Shown one piece after another: positions 10,102 to 18,951 of a stretch of 32,000 nt of DNA. The notes beneath the pieces are model-generated. The model searched no databases, had not been told where the DNA came from, and saw only the letters and a list, made by a program, of their open reading frames with translations. The translations under genes and the position numbers were made by a program. This stretch comes from Trichodesmium erythraeum IMS101 (GTDB lineage: Bacteria; Cyanobacteriota; Cyanobacteriia; Cyanobacteriales; Microcoleaceae). The stretch spans positions 6,600,001-6,632,000 of the forward strand of contig NC_008312.1 in NCBI RefSeq assembly GCF_000014265.1, read 5' to 3'. The stretch's first letter is position 1. Every line of letters starts with the position of its first letter.

Positions 10102-10440
10102 CTTGGAGACACAGCGGTTTCAAAAAGCAATAAATTAGAGATTTTCGGATTCCGCAGCCAGGCCAGACATGAAAAAGAGGAAAATACAACTAAATTTACT
10201 GACATTTGGAGTATAACTGTAATTTAAACCTAAGTGTAATTTCTGATGAGAGCAGCTTATATCAATGAAAATTGATTCATGGACTAGATTATGGCATAAA
10301 TTTGGTGATTTTTCGTTTTTGCGCTTTTAGGAAATTTTCCCATCTTCTACTTTTCCCCCTGGACTCCATCTCCCCAGATGTCTTTTAAGAAAAATATTAC
10401 AGCCCTAACTCTTTCGAAGGGGTAAGGGTGGGTTGAATTT
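10102..10440 (+). repeat. Copy B of the ~350-400 bp non-coding element
   Basis: Colinear with 8279-8680. It sits immediately 3' of the pentapeptide gene stop and is bracketed by a 22/24 direct repeat (10039-10062 / 10444-10467). Confidence 0.7.
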
Positions 10441-10444
10441 TAAC

Positions 10445-11059
10445 TTAATCAAGAGGTGTACCTTTAACACAAGCATCTGTTAGTAATGTCCCAGTCAAGT
10501 CAGCTTGTTCTACTGAAGCACATAGCAAATTAGAGCTTTGTAAGTTTGTGCCCCTAAGTACTGCTCCACTTAGATTAGCCTCTTCTAAATCTGCACTAGA
10601 TAAATCTGCGCCAGAAAGATTGGCATTGCTCAATTCTGCCCGAAACAAATTTGCTTTACTCAAATTCACTCCTCGTAAGTCAGCCCCACGAAAATCAATG
10701 CCACTCAGGTCCAAATTATTAAATATAGCTCCATTTAAGAAAGCTCCTGCAAAGCTAGCTTCCCTGAGTTGAGCATCAATCAAAATAGCACCCCGTAGGT
10801 CTGCATTGCGAAAGTCTGCTCCTCTTAAGTCAGCACCAGTAAAGTCAGCACCTCTAAGATTAGCCCTCAGTTTTGCTTTCTGTAAATTAGCACCAGCAAA
10901 ATTAACCCCAGGCAAGTAAGCTTGGTAGAAATCTGCTTCTGGGAGCATGGCCCCTGTTAAATCTGTACCTGGAAGATGAGCATTTGCCAAAAGTTTAATC
11001 TTGCCAATTCTAATGGCTGAAATGTCAAGAGATAATGATTTATTCATGGTTATTTTCAT
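10445..11059 (-). CDS. Pentapeptide-repeat protein
   Basis: 204-aa ORF made almost entirely of A(D/N)LxG-type pentapeptides (ADLRGADFRNADLRGAIL...). Confidence 0.9.
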   Translation of the reverse strand: MKITMNKSLSLDISAIRIGKIKLLANAHLPGTDLTGAMLPEADFYQAYLPGVNFAGANLQKAKLRANLRGADFTGADLRGADFRNADLRGAILIDAQLREASFAGAFLNGAIFNNLDLSGIDFRGADLRGVNLSKANLFRAELSNANLSGADLSSADLEEANLSGAVLRGTNLQSSNLLCASVEQADLTGTLLTDACVKGTPLD

Positions 11060-11457
11060 TTCGTTATTAGGCAGATTAATTTGGGGATGGATAAAAACCC
11101 ATACCTTTTAGGTGGGGGATACGCAAACTCCCAAATATAAAGATAAGTAACATAAGATTGCCTAAATTTTACAATTAACTTTTTAAAATTAAAATAATTT
11201 TATTAAAGTATAGTTAAATATTATACTCAAGAATAAAGTTATATAGTCTTATTAGTTAAAATTATATAGAACTTATGTAAAATAATATATTTCTCTTATT
11301 ATAAGGAAGGGCTACGGGTCGCAGTCTATCAGGACAGTAATTTCAGGACAATACTTTCGCAGTAGATTGGTAAGTCCTAATTAAAACTACCTAATATTTA
11401 CAATATCACCAACACAGTTTTTAAATAAGAAGTTGCAATGACGCGACTTTAAAATAA

Positions 11458-12774
11458 TCAGTGATGGTATGTTTGATAGTGTTTTTTTAGTAAATCCTCG
11501 CCAAAATCACCATCGAACTCACGCCAGACTGTGTGAACATGGGGAGCATCAATATTTGTGTCTACAAAATTGTCATACTCAATTAAATGGTTCGTGGTAC
11601 AAAGTCGGTAATAGTGTGGTTTTCCCTTTTCCAATGAGCCTACCCAAACAAAGACCAGTGTCTCAATTTCTGTCAGTGGTGAATTGTCCAGATTTTTGAT
11701 CAGCTCAGGGCGAAATTTATCAATATAGACTTTAATCAGATCTTTGATTTTCTCTTGTTGAGTTAAATTCATTTCACTGTATTTCAGACCTTTGCGAGGA
11801 TCTAAAATATTTGTGTCTACTTTCGTCAAATCAGAAATTTTAGAAAAGATCTCTTTTGGAGGCGCTTCTTGGATAAAGGCTTTTTTTAATTGATCATCTG
11901 TAAGGGATTCTGCAATTTCTTTGACTAGATTTTCTTCATCTTTTAGAACCATTAGACTATCTTTAAGAACCTGAAAACCTTTGTATTCTCCTTTCAAAAC
12001 CACAGTTGGGACTGCCCCATAAAAAGTTGGTGTAACAGATAAGAGATGGCCATTTACCAGAGTAATATTAATGGAAATGTGATGACCTTCAAAACTCCAA
12101 GCCCAGGTTTTATCCTTTGAAGGAGTTCCGAAAATAGAGACATAGTAGAGTTCTGGGTCAAAGAAAGGCTTTTTTGGGTTCAAAGAAAATATAACCTTTT
12201 CAAGCATCCTGACATTTTCCGTCGTGAGAATACCTTTTGCACTTAAAGCTGTTTCAAGAAGGTTCACAACCAGCTTTTTTTGATTTGAATTCATCTGTTT
12301 CATCGCCAAACCAAAGCGCTTTTTATCAGGGCTGCTTAAGGGAAGGAAATAGTCGGGAAGGTAAGCCCAGTCATTCCTGTTTTCGTGAGAAAATTCTGCA
12401 AAGGCCTGAGATTTTTGATCTCGAGTGAGTGAACCAAGAAAACTATTAGCCGCTTTTATCATGTTACTTCCCGAATAACTTAGCATGGAATCAGTCTCAG
12501 AGTATAGAGTCCGATCTTTTTGCTTTGAATTCATCTGTTCCATAACTAAACCAAGGCGCTTTTTTTCAGACTTGACGGACTTATCGGGGAGAAAATCCGA
12601 GCCATTCCTTTTTTTGTGAGAAAACGGTGCAAGAGGTTTAGATTTTTGCTCTGCACTCAGTAAATCAAGAAAGGCTACTAATGCTTTTTTGATTTCATTT
12701 CCCGGATTATTCGAGCATGAGACAAGGCTCAATACTAATAAGATCATGACAAATAATTTGTTCAATTGTCCCAT
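11458..12774 (-). CDS. DUF3500-domain lipoprotein
   Basis: 438-aa ORF. It has a signal peptide with lipobox (LVLSLVSC) and the C-terminal DUF3500 signature WVGSLEKGKPHYYRLCTTNHLIEYDNFVDTNIDAPHVHTVWREFDGDFG. The N-terminal ~80-aa module is duplicated. Confidence 0.85.
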   Translation of the reverse strand: MGQLNKLFVMILLVLSLVSCSNNPGNEIKKALVAFLDLLSAEQKSKPLAPFSHKKRNGSDFLPDKSVKSEKKRLGLVMEQMNSKQKDRTLYSETDSMLSYSGSNMIKAANSFLGSLTRDQKSQAFAEFSHENRNDWAYLPDYFLPLSSPDKKRFGLAMKQMNSNQKKLVVNLLETALSAKGILTTENVRMLEKVIFSLNPKKPFFDPELYYVSIFGTPSKDKTWAWSFEGHHISINITLVNGHLLSVTPTFYGAVPTVVLKGEYKGFQVLKDSLMVLKDEENLVKEIAESLTDDQLKKAFIQEAPPKEIFSKISDLTKVDTNILDPRKGLKYSEMNLTQQEKIKDLIKVYIDKFRPELIKNLDNSPLTEIETLVFVWVGSLEKGKPHYYRLCTTNHLIEYDNFVDTNIDAPHVHTVWREFDGDFGEDLLKKHYQTYHH

Positions 12775-12965
12775 TTATAACTCCTTCTTTACAATCTGAA
12801 AAATGATTTTCTATCAGTAAAAAAATACCATAAGTCTATCCCACTAATAAAATTTGAGAGCAGAAAAGCAACTGGAATACTCCAAGATTCAACGGGGGGC
12901 TGTGACAGTAATGCTTGAATAAATTTATTGGGTAAAAATAATTTTTTTGTTGAAAAAAACATGAG

Positions 12966-14725
12966 ATGATAAATGAAAAACACTTTATAAATTGGTCGAA
13001 CTAGTATCAATGCCGACCCCTATGTGGAGATTGCCCTGCTTCAACTGAAGAAGCTAGAAATATTATTCGTCAAGCAGTAGAACCGAAAACAAAAATCAGA
13101 GTATTTGGTTCAGGACATTCTCCCAGCGATATTACCATGAGTAATTACGATTTGATTTGTAGCGATCGCTTGAATCAGATTCTAAATATTAACTGGGACA
13201 GTAAAACTATTGTAACTCAGGCAGGAGTTACCCTAAAAGAGTTGAGTTAAGGCCTAGGCCAACATGGACTAGCTTTGCCCAATCTAGGTTCGATTTCCGA
13301 TCAAACTGTAGGAGGTGCAATAGCAACAGCAACTCATGGTACAGGATTAAATTATGGGATACTCTCAACAATTATTCAGGAAATTACACTAGTAATAGGT
13401 TTAGGAGAAGTTATCAAAATCTCCAAAGATGAAAATTCTCAACTATTTAATGCGGCAAAATGCCGTCAGGGAAGTTTCGGATAAGTTATAGAAACCCTGA
13501 GTGTATCTTTAAAAAATTAGGCGATATAGCTACCGCCACCATCCTCTGCCAACGCTAATCTCTTGAGCATTAGTCGAATAGAACAAAGATTAATCTTGGC
13601 AGTAGCATTTTTCAGAGTTCCCATCAATTTTTTTGCTCAAGCTTTTACATCTCTCCATCCAAGAGTTAGCTCTCTCAATTACCCACCTTGCTTTGACTGG
13701 GACAAATCCTGTTTTCCCTTCCTGTTTTTTCTCTGCTTTTGATGGTTTTGGTGATAGTTTCAAGGGAATTTTGGTCCGTAACCCTGGATAAATTTTCTTT
13801 AACTCTTCTATTATCTTTTCGGGATGATATCCATGATCAAGTAAGATTGTAATTTTAGGAATGTTGACTGGTTTGGATTTAAAATAGTCAATATTGTCTG
13901 ACAACATTTCTATTAATCCTGCATCATCAGATACTGATGCCTTAGTACAATGGGTGAAAAAAGGAAAACCAAGACTATCTACTGCTAGGTGTCTTTTGAT
14001 ACCGTTAGTAGCTTTGTAAAGACAAAATCCCTTGGACTTGACACCAGCATTACAAGTGTTTTTTACTGCCTGTGAATCAATGATTATTAAAGTTGTCCCG
14101 GAGCGCTTTTTTTTTACCTGTTGACGTACTTGAGAATGTAATACATCTCTAATTTTCTCAATTACCCCTGATTCTCGCCATTGTTTATAATGCCAAAATA
14201 CTGTTGAATAAGGTGGTAAATCTTTATTGTATCACACCAATTACAACCATTTTTTAATTGATACAAAATACCATCTAAGATTTCTCTGTTGCTCCATTTT
14301 GTGGGACAAGTTTTCTTCTTATTTGGTATGGGATGGTTCAATCAGAACCCATTCTTTATCTGTTAAACTGCTTGAATATGGCATTTGCCTAACTCTTGTT
14401 TCGGATAATTGGCGATCGCTCTCTAGTATAACATTGGAGGAAAAAGATACACTCAGAGGTTCTATAGAACTCAAATTACGAACAACGAAAGAATTTGACC
14501 TAGAAGTACAAGAACAGCCAGGAACTCTAGAAAATGTATTAGATACATTACTAAAACGCTTACAAGCTGACCACTATCGTTTTTGGTATTTACCCCATGT
14601 AGATAGGGTATGGGAGTGGAGTGCAACTCGCAAACCACCAGGAAAAAATACTCCCAGACAAAACTTTTTCCAACGCCTCCAGAGTTGGTATCAAGAAAAA
14701 CTCATTGGCTATTATACATTTGAAC
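12966..14725 (+). pseudogene. FAD-linked sugar-1,4-lactone oxidase (gulonolactone/arabinonolactone oxidase-like), dead and truncated
   Basis: The reading frame gives MINEKHFINWSN*YQCRP..CPASTEEARNIIRQAV..IRVFGSGHSPSD...LPNLGSISDQTVGGAIATATHGTG...GSFG*VIELKLRTTKEFDL...HYRFWYLPHVDRVWEW. In-frame stops lie at 13001, 13249 and 13481. An IS is inserted at 13491-14462, and the gene is cut off by another IS at 14726. Confidence 0.75.
13491..14462 (-). mobile_element. IS5-family insertion sequence (972 bp) inside the oxidase pseudogene
   Basis: Imperfect terminal inverted repeats GAAACCCTGAGTGTATC (13491-) and GAACCTCTGAGTGTATC (reverse complement of -14462). They are flanked by TATA on both sides (13487-13490 / 14463-14466). 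Removing the element restores the oxidase frame. The minus-strand transposase (..DLPPYSTVFWHYKQWRESG..IIDSQAVKN..ARWVIERANSWMERCK) has frameshifts in its N-terminal part. Confidence 0.75.
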
Positions 14726-14800
14726 GGCTTTGTTGCACAAAGCAAGGAAAGATGGTAAAAATAACAGTGGGTAGCACCAAATCCTGCATTAACTCTCCTT

Positions 14801-15647
14801 ATGAGTAAGTCCAAGTCCAAGTACCGGGTTAGCAACTGGTCGTATGGATGATGCCTCCTTAAAGCAGAGAGGGAGCCTGACATTTTGGCTAAGTTATGAA
14901 GTGATAGAACAGTGGGTAAATCAACATCAAACTGGGGGTCAGGGAGCATCGAATACCTATAGCGATGTAGCTATTGAACTAATGGTCACTCTCAGTAGTT
15001 TGTTTGCAGGGCGGGGCGACAGACAGAAGGATTTGTAGAATCTATATTTGATTTTTAGAGATTAGATTTACCTGTACCAGACCATAGCACTGTATGCCGT
15101 AGGGTCAGAAAACTAAATATCGGGATACCAGTGAGACCAAGGACAGAAGAGATGCATTTGGTAGTTGATTCTACAGGGGTCAAAGTCTACGGTGAAGGGG
15201 AATGGAAAACCAGGATTCATGGTGTAGGTAAACGTAGGACATGGCGTAAATTACTAGAGTGCGAATGAGGCCACCGGAGAGATTGTCACAGCAGTTGTCA
15301 CAACCAATGATGTGAGTGACGACCAAGTATTTTCTGACCTATTAGATGGAGTAGAAGGTGAAATAGCCCAAGTTTCAGGTGATGGGGCTGATGACAAATA
15401 CAAGTGTTATGAAACAGCTCACCAAAGAGGCATAAAAACGACCATTCCACCGCGTAAAAATGCTGTGATTAGGCAGCATGGCAACTGTAAAGCCCTACCC
15501 GCTCCCAGAGATGAGAACCTCAGAGGAATTCGTCAAATAGGACGGCAAAAATGGAAGCATGAAAGTGGATACCATAGACGCTCTCTATCTGGAACCACTA
15601 TGTTTAGGTTCAAAGTTTTATTTGGTGGGAAGTTACGAAGACGATAA
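14801..15647 (+). pseudogene. Frameshifted IS903-group-like transposase of copy 1
   Basis: Starts MSKSKSKYRVSNWS. Similarity to copy 2 is spread over several frames (SLTFWLSYEVIEQWVNQHQTG / DSTGVKVYGEGEWKT / GEIAQVSGDGADDKYKCYE...GRQKWKHESGYHRRSL), with multiple stops. Confidence 0.75.
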
Positions 15648-15845
15648 TTTGATAATCAAGCAGTGGAGTTATTCATTAGACATCTCCAAAAATACCCACT
15701 TCCCTTACTGTGACTATTTTTCAAGGAATTAGCGCCTAATCCCCCAGATAGTCATTTTTTACATACTTTATGGTGTTAGAGATAGTTACTGTTTATTATT
15801 CACCATATTGAGCTGTTGTTTTTGTTATCTTCTTTTCTACATATA

Positions 15846-16958
15846 TAGCAATCCCATATTGGTCGCAACAGATATAATAGTAAGAATAACAGATCTAAGA
15901 AAAAGACAAAAAATGAATATTATAGATAAACTAAATGATTTTATTAATCAAACAAAAGAGTCTAAAGAAATTAAAAGGGCCTTGGCCGTAAAAATGACCT
16001 TGTCAGGAAAATCCTACCATGAAGTCAAAGAATTATTAAATGTTTCTCACAGTTTTATTAGTGAATGGAAAAACCAAGCATTATTTCATGGTGTAGAAAG
16101 TTTAAGGCTTCAGTATCAAGGGAGACAAGGTTACTTAAAAACGGTCGAAAAAGAGAAAACAATTGAGTGGTTGAGAGCACAAGATTATCTTAGGTTATCA
16201 GATTTAAAAAACTACTTACAGGAGCAATATGATGTGGTTTTTGAGTCTAATCAAAGTTACTATAACTTGTTTAAAGAAGCGGGCATAAGTTGGAAAAAAA
16301 CTCAAAAAAAGAATCCTGCTAAAAATGATGAATTAGTAGAAGTTAAAAGAAAAGAAATAGAGGAATTTTTAGCTAAATGGCAACCAGAAATAGAAACTGG
16401 AAAGCTTACAGTGTTTATGATTGATGAATGTCATCTTCTATGGGGAGACATATTAGGTTATGCTTGGGGAAAAACAGATGAAAGAATAGAAATTGCAATT
16501 AAAAATGAAAAAGAAAGACAGACTTATTATGGAGCTTTAGACTATAAAACCAAGGAATTTCTTGTGCAAGAATATGAGAGTGGAAATACTAAAAATACTA
16601 TTGAATTTATTAAATATTTGCAGAAGCAAAGACCGGGCAACAAATTGGCAATATTTTGGGATGGGGCAACTTACCATAACTCTCAAGAATTTCGAGAATA
16701 TTTAATGACAATTAATCAATACTTATCAGAAGAAGAATTGTTGATAAATTGTACAAGATTTGCTCCCAATGCTCCGGAGCAAAATCCTGTTGAAGATATT
16801 TGGTTACAAACCAAAAATTTCAGTATTACTTTTTATCATCTTTGCAGTTCTTTTAAAGTAGTTAAGTGGCTATTTAAGTTTTTTGCGGATGGTCAAATAT
16901 TCAATTTCCCAAAACTTTTTCAGTATGAAATTTTGCCGCAACCTACTTAGGATTGCTA
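15846..16958 (+). mobile_element. IS630-family insertion sequence, apparently intact
   Basis: Inverted ends TAGCAATCC (15846-) and GGATTGCTA (-16958) are flanked by TA on both sides, the usual IS630/Tc1 target duplication. It carries one uninterrupted transposase ORF. Confidence 0.8.
15913..16950 (+). CDS. IS630-family DDE transposase
   Basis: 345 aa from the internal ATG at 15913. The track ORF from 15808 reads through the IS end. It has an N-terminal HTH region and DDE-like motifs MIDECH, IFWDGATYH and APEQNPVEDIW, with no frameshifts. Confidence 0.85.
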   Translation: MNIIDKLNDFINQTKESKEIKRALAVKMTLSGKSYHEVKELLNVSHSFISEWKNQALFHGVESLRLQYQGRQGYLKTVEKEKTIEWLRAQDYLRLSDLKNYLQEQYDVVFESNQSYYNLFKEAGISWKKTQKKNPAKNDELVEVKRKEIEEFLAKWQPEIETGKLTVFMIDECHLLWGDILGYAWGKTDERIEIAIKNEKERQTYYGALDYKTKEFLVQEYESGNTKNTIEFIKYLQKQRPGNKLAIFWDGATYHNSQEFREYLMTINQYLSEEELLINCTRFAPNAPEQNPVEDIWLQTKNFSITFYHLCSSFKVVKWLFKFFADGQIFNFPKLFQYEILPQPT

Positions 16959-16967
16959 TAGTAGGGT

Positions 16968-17865
16968 TCATGCTAATATTAATGCTCCTATTCTTAGTCT
17001 GACTAAACCACATATTGTTAAAATTACCTTTTCATAATTATATTCTTTTAATCTGAACCTTTCTCTAACTATTCCAAATATTTTGAGCAACCTAATAACA
17101 TGTTCCACAAAGATTCTCTTTTTAGCTAATTTCAAGTTATTTTCTTTCATTTTTGGTGACATTTCTTGTTTTCTAGGCTTTTTTTTTGGTGTTATAGTTC
17201 TCTCTGCTCCTTGATACCCTTTATCTCCCTGAAATTTTTGTTCTTTATCAAATTTTGAAAGTTGTTTTATGAGTAAATTTACATCGCTTTCTGGACCTCT
17301 TTTTCCCACATTTACATCTACTATTTCTGTACCTTTTTCTGTCGTTATTATTTGGTTTTTTAATGTATGGTTTTTCTTTTTTCCAGAGTAATATTTTTTC
17401 TGTTTATCATCAGAGTATGGCCTATATATGCTTTTTTCTGTACTATCTACAATTAATTCTTGTTCTGTTAAAATTTATTGTATCCATAAATATTCGTCTT
17501 CTTTTTTTTGAAATTGTTCTAACAAGCTACTAGGCAGTAACTCTTGTAATATATCTATCCAAAGCCTGAAAAATATTATTTGCTGTTGATGAGCTGACAC
17601 CAAAGTATATTCCTAGTATTTGGAATGTGGGGAAATGGCGTAAATAGTATAAAGTTAAGATGATTTCTTCCTCAAGTTTTAAGCTTTTTTTTCTGACTCC
17701 TCCTGTCTTAATTAGTCTTTTTTCTTGACTAGCGATCGCCTGTCTTTTTTTTAATGCAAGTCTTTGAGCATTTCCTAATATTTTTTTAAATTGCTCATTG
17801 GTAATCCCAATAACTCTTTTTATTTCTTTTGGGTGGTTATTAATATATTCTAATATCTGAGTCAT
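16968..17865 (-). pseudogene. Frameshifted DDE_Tnp_4 (Harbinger-like) transposase
   Basis: The N-terminal part (17530-17865) reads MTQILEYINNHPKE...LTLYYLRHFPTFQILGIYFGVSSSTANNIF. The C-terminal part (16968-17400) reads YSGKKKNHTLKNQ...FQGDKGYQG...RIFVEHVIRLLKIFGIVRERFRL...CGLVRLR. The two parts are in different frames. The track start at 17901 reads into the IR of the neighbouring IS. Confidence 0.7.
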
Positions 17866-17870
17866 TAGTA

Positions 17871-18951
17871 GGCTTTGTTGCATGAAAGTAGTGATCGCCA
17901 AAAACTTCCATCAGGAAGTTAACTAGATTTTCACTTTGTGACTTTTGGGTTTACCTGTTTGAATCATACGGTTCAGCATGGCACATTGTATGAACAACTC
18001 TACTGCTTGGGCTTTCGAATTTTCCTCGTCGTAACTGACCTCCAAAGCTCACTTTGAGTCTAAACATTGTGGTTTCTGATAGAGAACGCCGATGGTAACC
18101 ACTTTCATGCTTCCATTTTTGGCGTCCTACCTTTCTGATTCTTCTGAGGTTTTCATCTCTGGGATGAGGTGGGCATTTGCAGTTGCCGTGTTGACCTATT
18201 ACTGCATTTTTCCTGGGTGGAATTGTTACTTTTGCTCCTAGTTGGTTAGCTTTCTGGTAACATTTATACTTGTGCTCTGCTCCATCTCCTGATACTTGGG
18301 CTATTTCCCCATCTACTCCATTTCTCAAGTTCAGAAAATGCTTGTGAATCACTGACATCATTGGTAGTCACTACTCCACTGACAATCTCTCCTGTAGCCT
18401 CATTTACTCCTAGGTGTAATTTACCCCATGTACGCCGTTTACTGACACCATGAACTTTTGTTTTCCATTCACCTTCTCCGTAAACTTTCACCCCTGTAGA
18501 GTCTACTACTGTACGGAATAGTTTCATTAGTTGGTATAACTGGCAGTTGGATATTCAGTTTGAGCAAGCGACAGGATACAGTGCTATGGTCTGGTACTGG
18601 TAAATCTAAGTCCATCAATTGAAATATAGATTCGACAAAACCTTCAGTCTGTCGTCCGGCCAGACCAAACAATGATTGTATAGTGACCATAAATTCAATG
18701 GCCGTATTGCTATAGGTATTTGATGCCCCCCTACGTCCAGTTTTTTGTTGATTTACCCACTGCTCTATGACTTCATCATTCAACCAAAATGTGAGGCTCC
18801 CTCTCTGTCTTAGGGACGCATCAGACCTACGACCAGTTGCTGAAGAGGTACTTAGACTTGGACTTGGACTTACTCATCTCTACCCTTACTATAGGTTTCT
18901 TGTGCCACACGCTTATTGTTACCATATTTTCTATCTTTATACAACAAAGCC
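17871..18951 (-). mobile_element. IS5-family (IS903-group-like) element, copy 2, with a perfect 9-bp target duplication
   Basis: 1081 bp with ends GGCTTTGTTGCAT (17871-) and ..ACAACAAAGCC (-18951). The identical flanking sequence TCATTAGTA lies at 17862-17870 and 18952-18960. A 9-bp duplication is characteristic of the IS903 group. Confidence 0.85.
17951..18877 (-). pseudogene. Frameshifted IS903-group-like transposase of copy 2
   Basis: Three overlapping track ORFs (18469-18783, 18264-18527, 17951-18361) together cover one transposase starting MSKSKSKSKY at 18877. At least two frameshifts are present. Confidence 0.8.

Noticed and set aside
10548-10772. Plus-strand ORF antisense to the pentapeptide-repeat gene.
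   Set aside because: Periodic repeat DNA keeps several frames open. The sense frame has the unmistakable pentapeptide pattern.
7206-11385. Recurrent short motif (g/c)(a/g)taagtcct (10087-10097, ~11371-11382, reverse complement at ~7207-7217).
   Set aside because: It is only 8-9 nt, with three occurrences, and could be chance in 32 kb. It is noted as a possible dispersed cyanobacterial short repeat but is not supportable from this window alone.
11469-12428. Plus-strand ORFs 11469-11699 and 12237-12428.
   Set aside because: They are antisense within the DUF3500 gene.
12789-13010. 73-aa minus-strand ORF between the DUF3500 gene and the oxidase pseudogene.
   Set aside because: It overlaps the oxidase pseudogene start region and is a hydrophobic, AT-driven ORF. 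There is no support.
14590-14949. 119-aa minus-strand ORF.
   Set aside because: It spans the junction between the oxidase pseudogene and the IS end, antisense to both.
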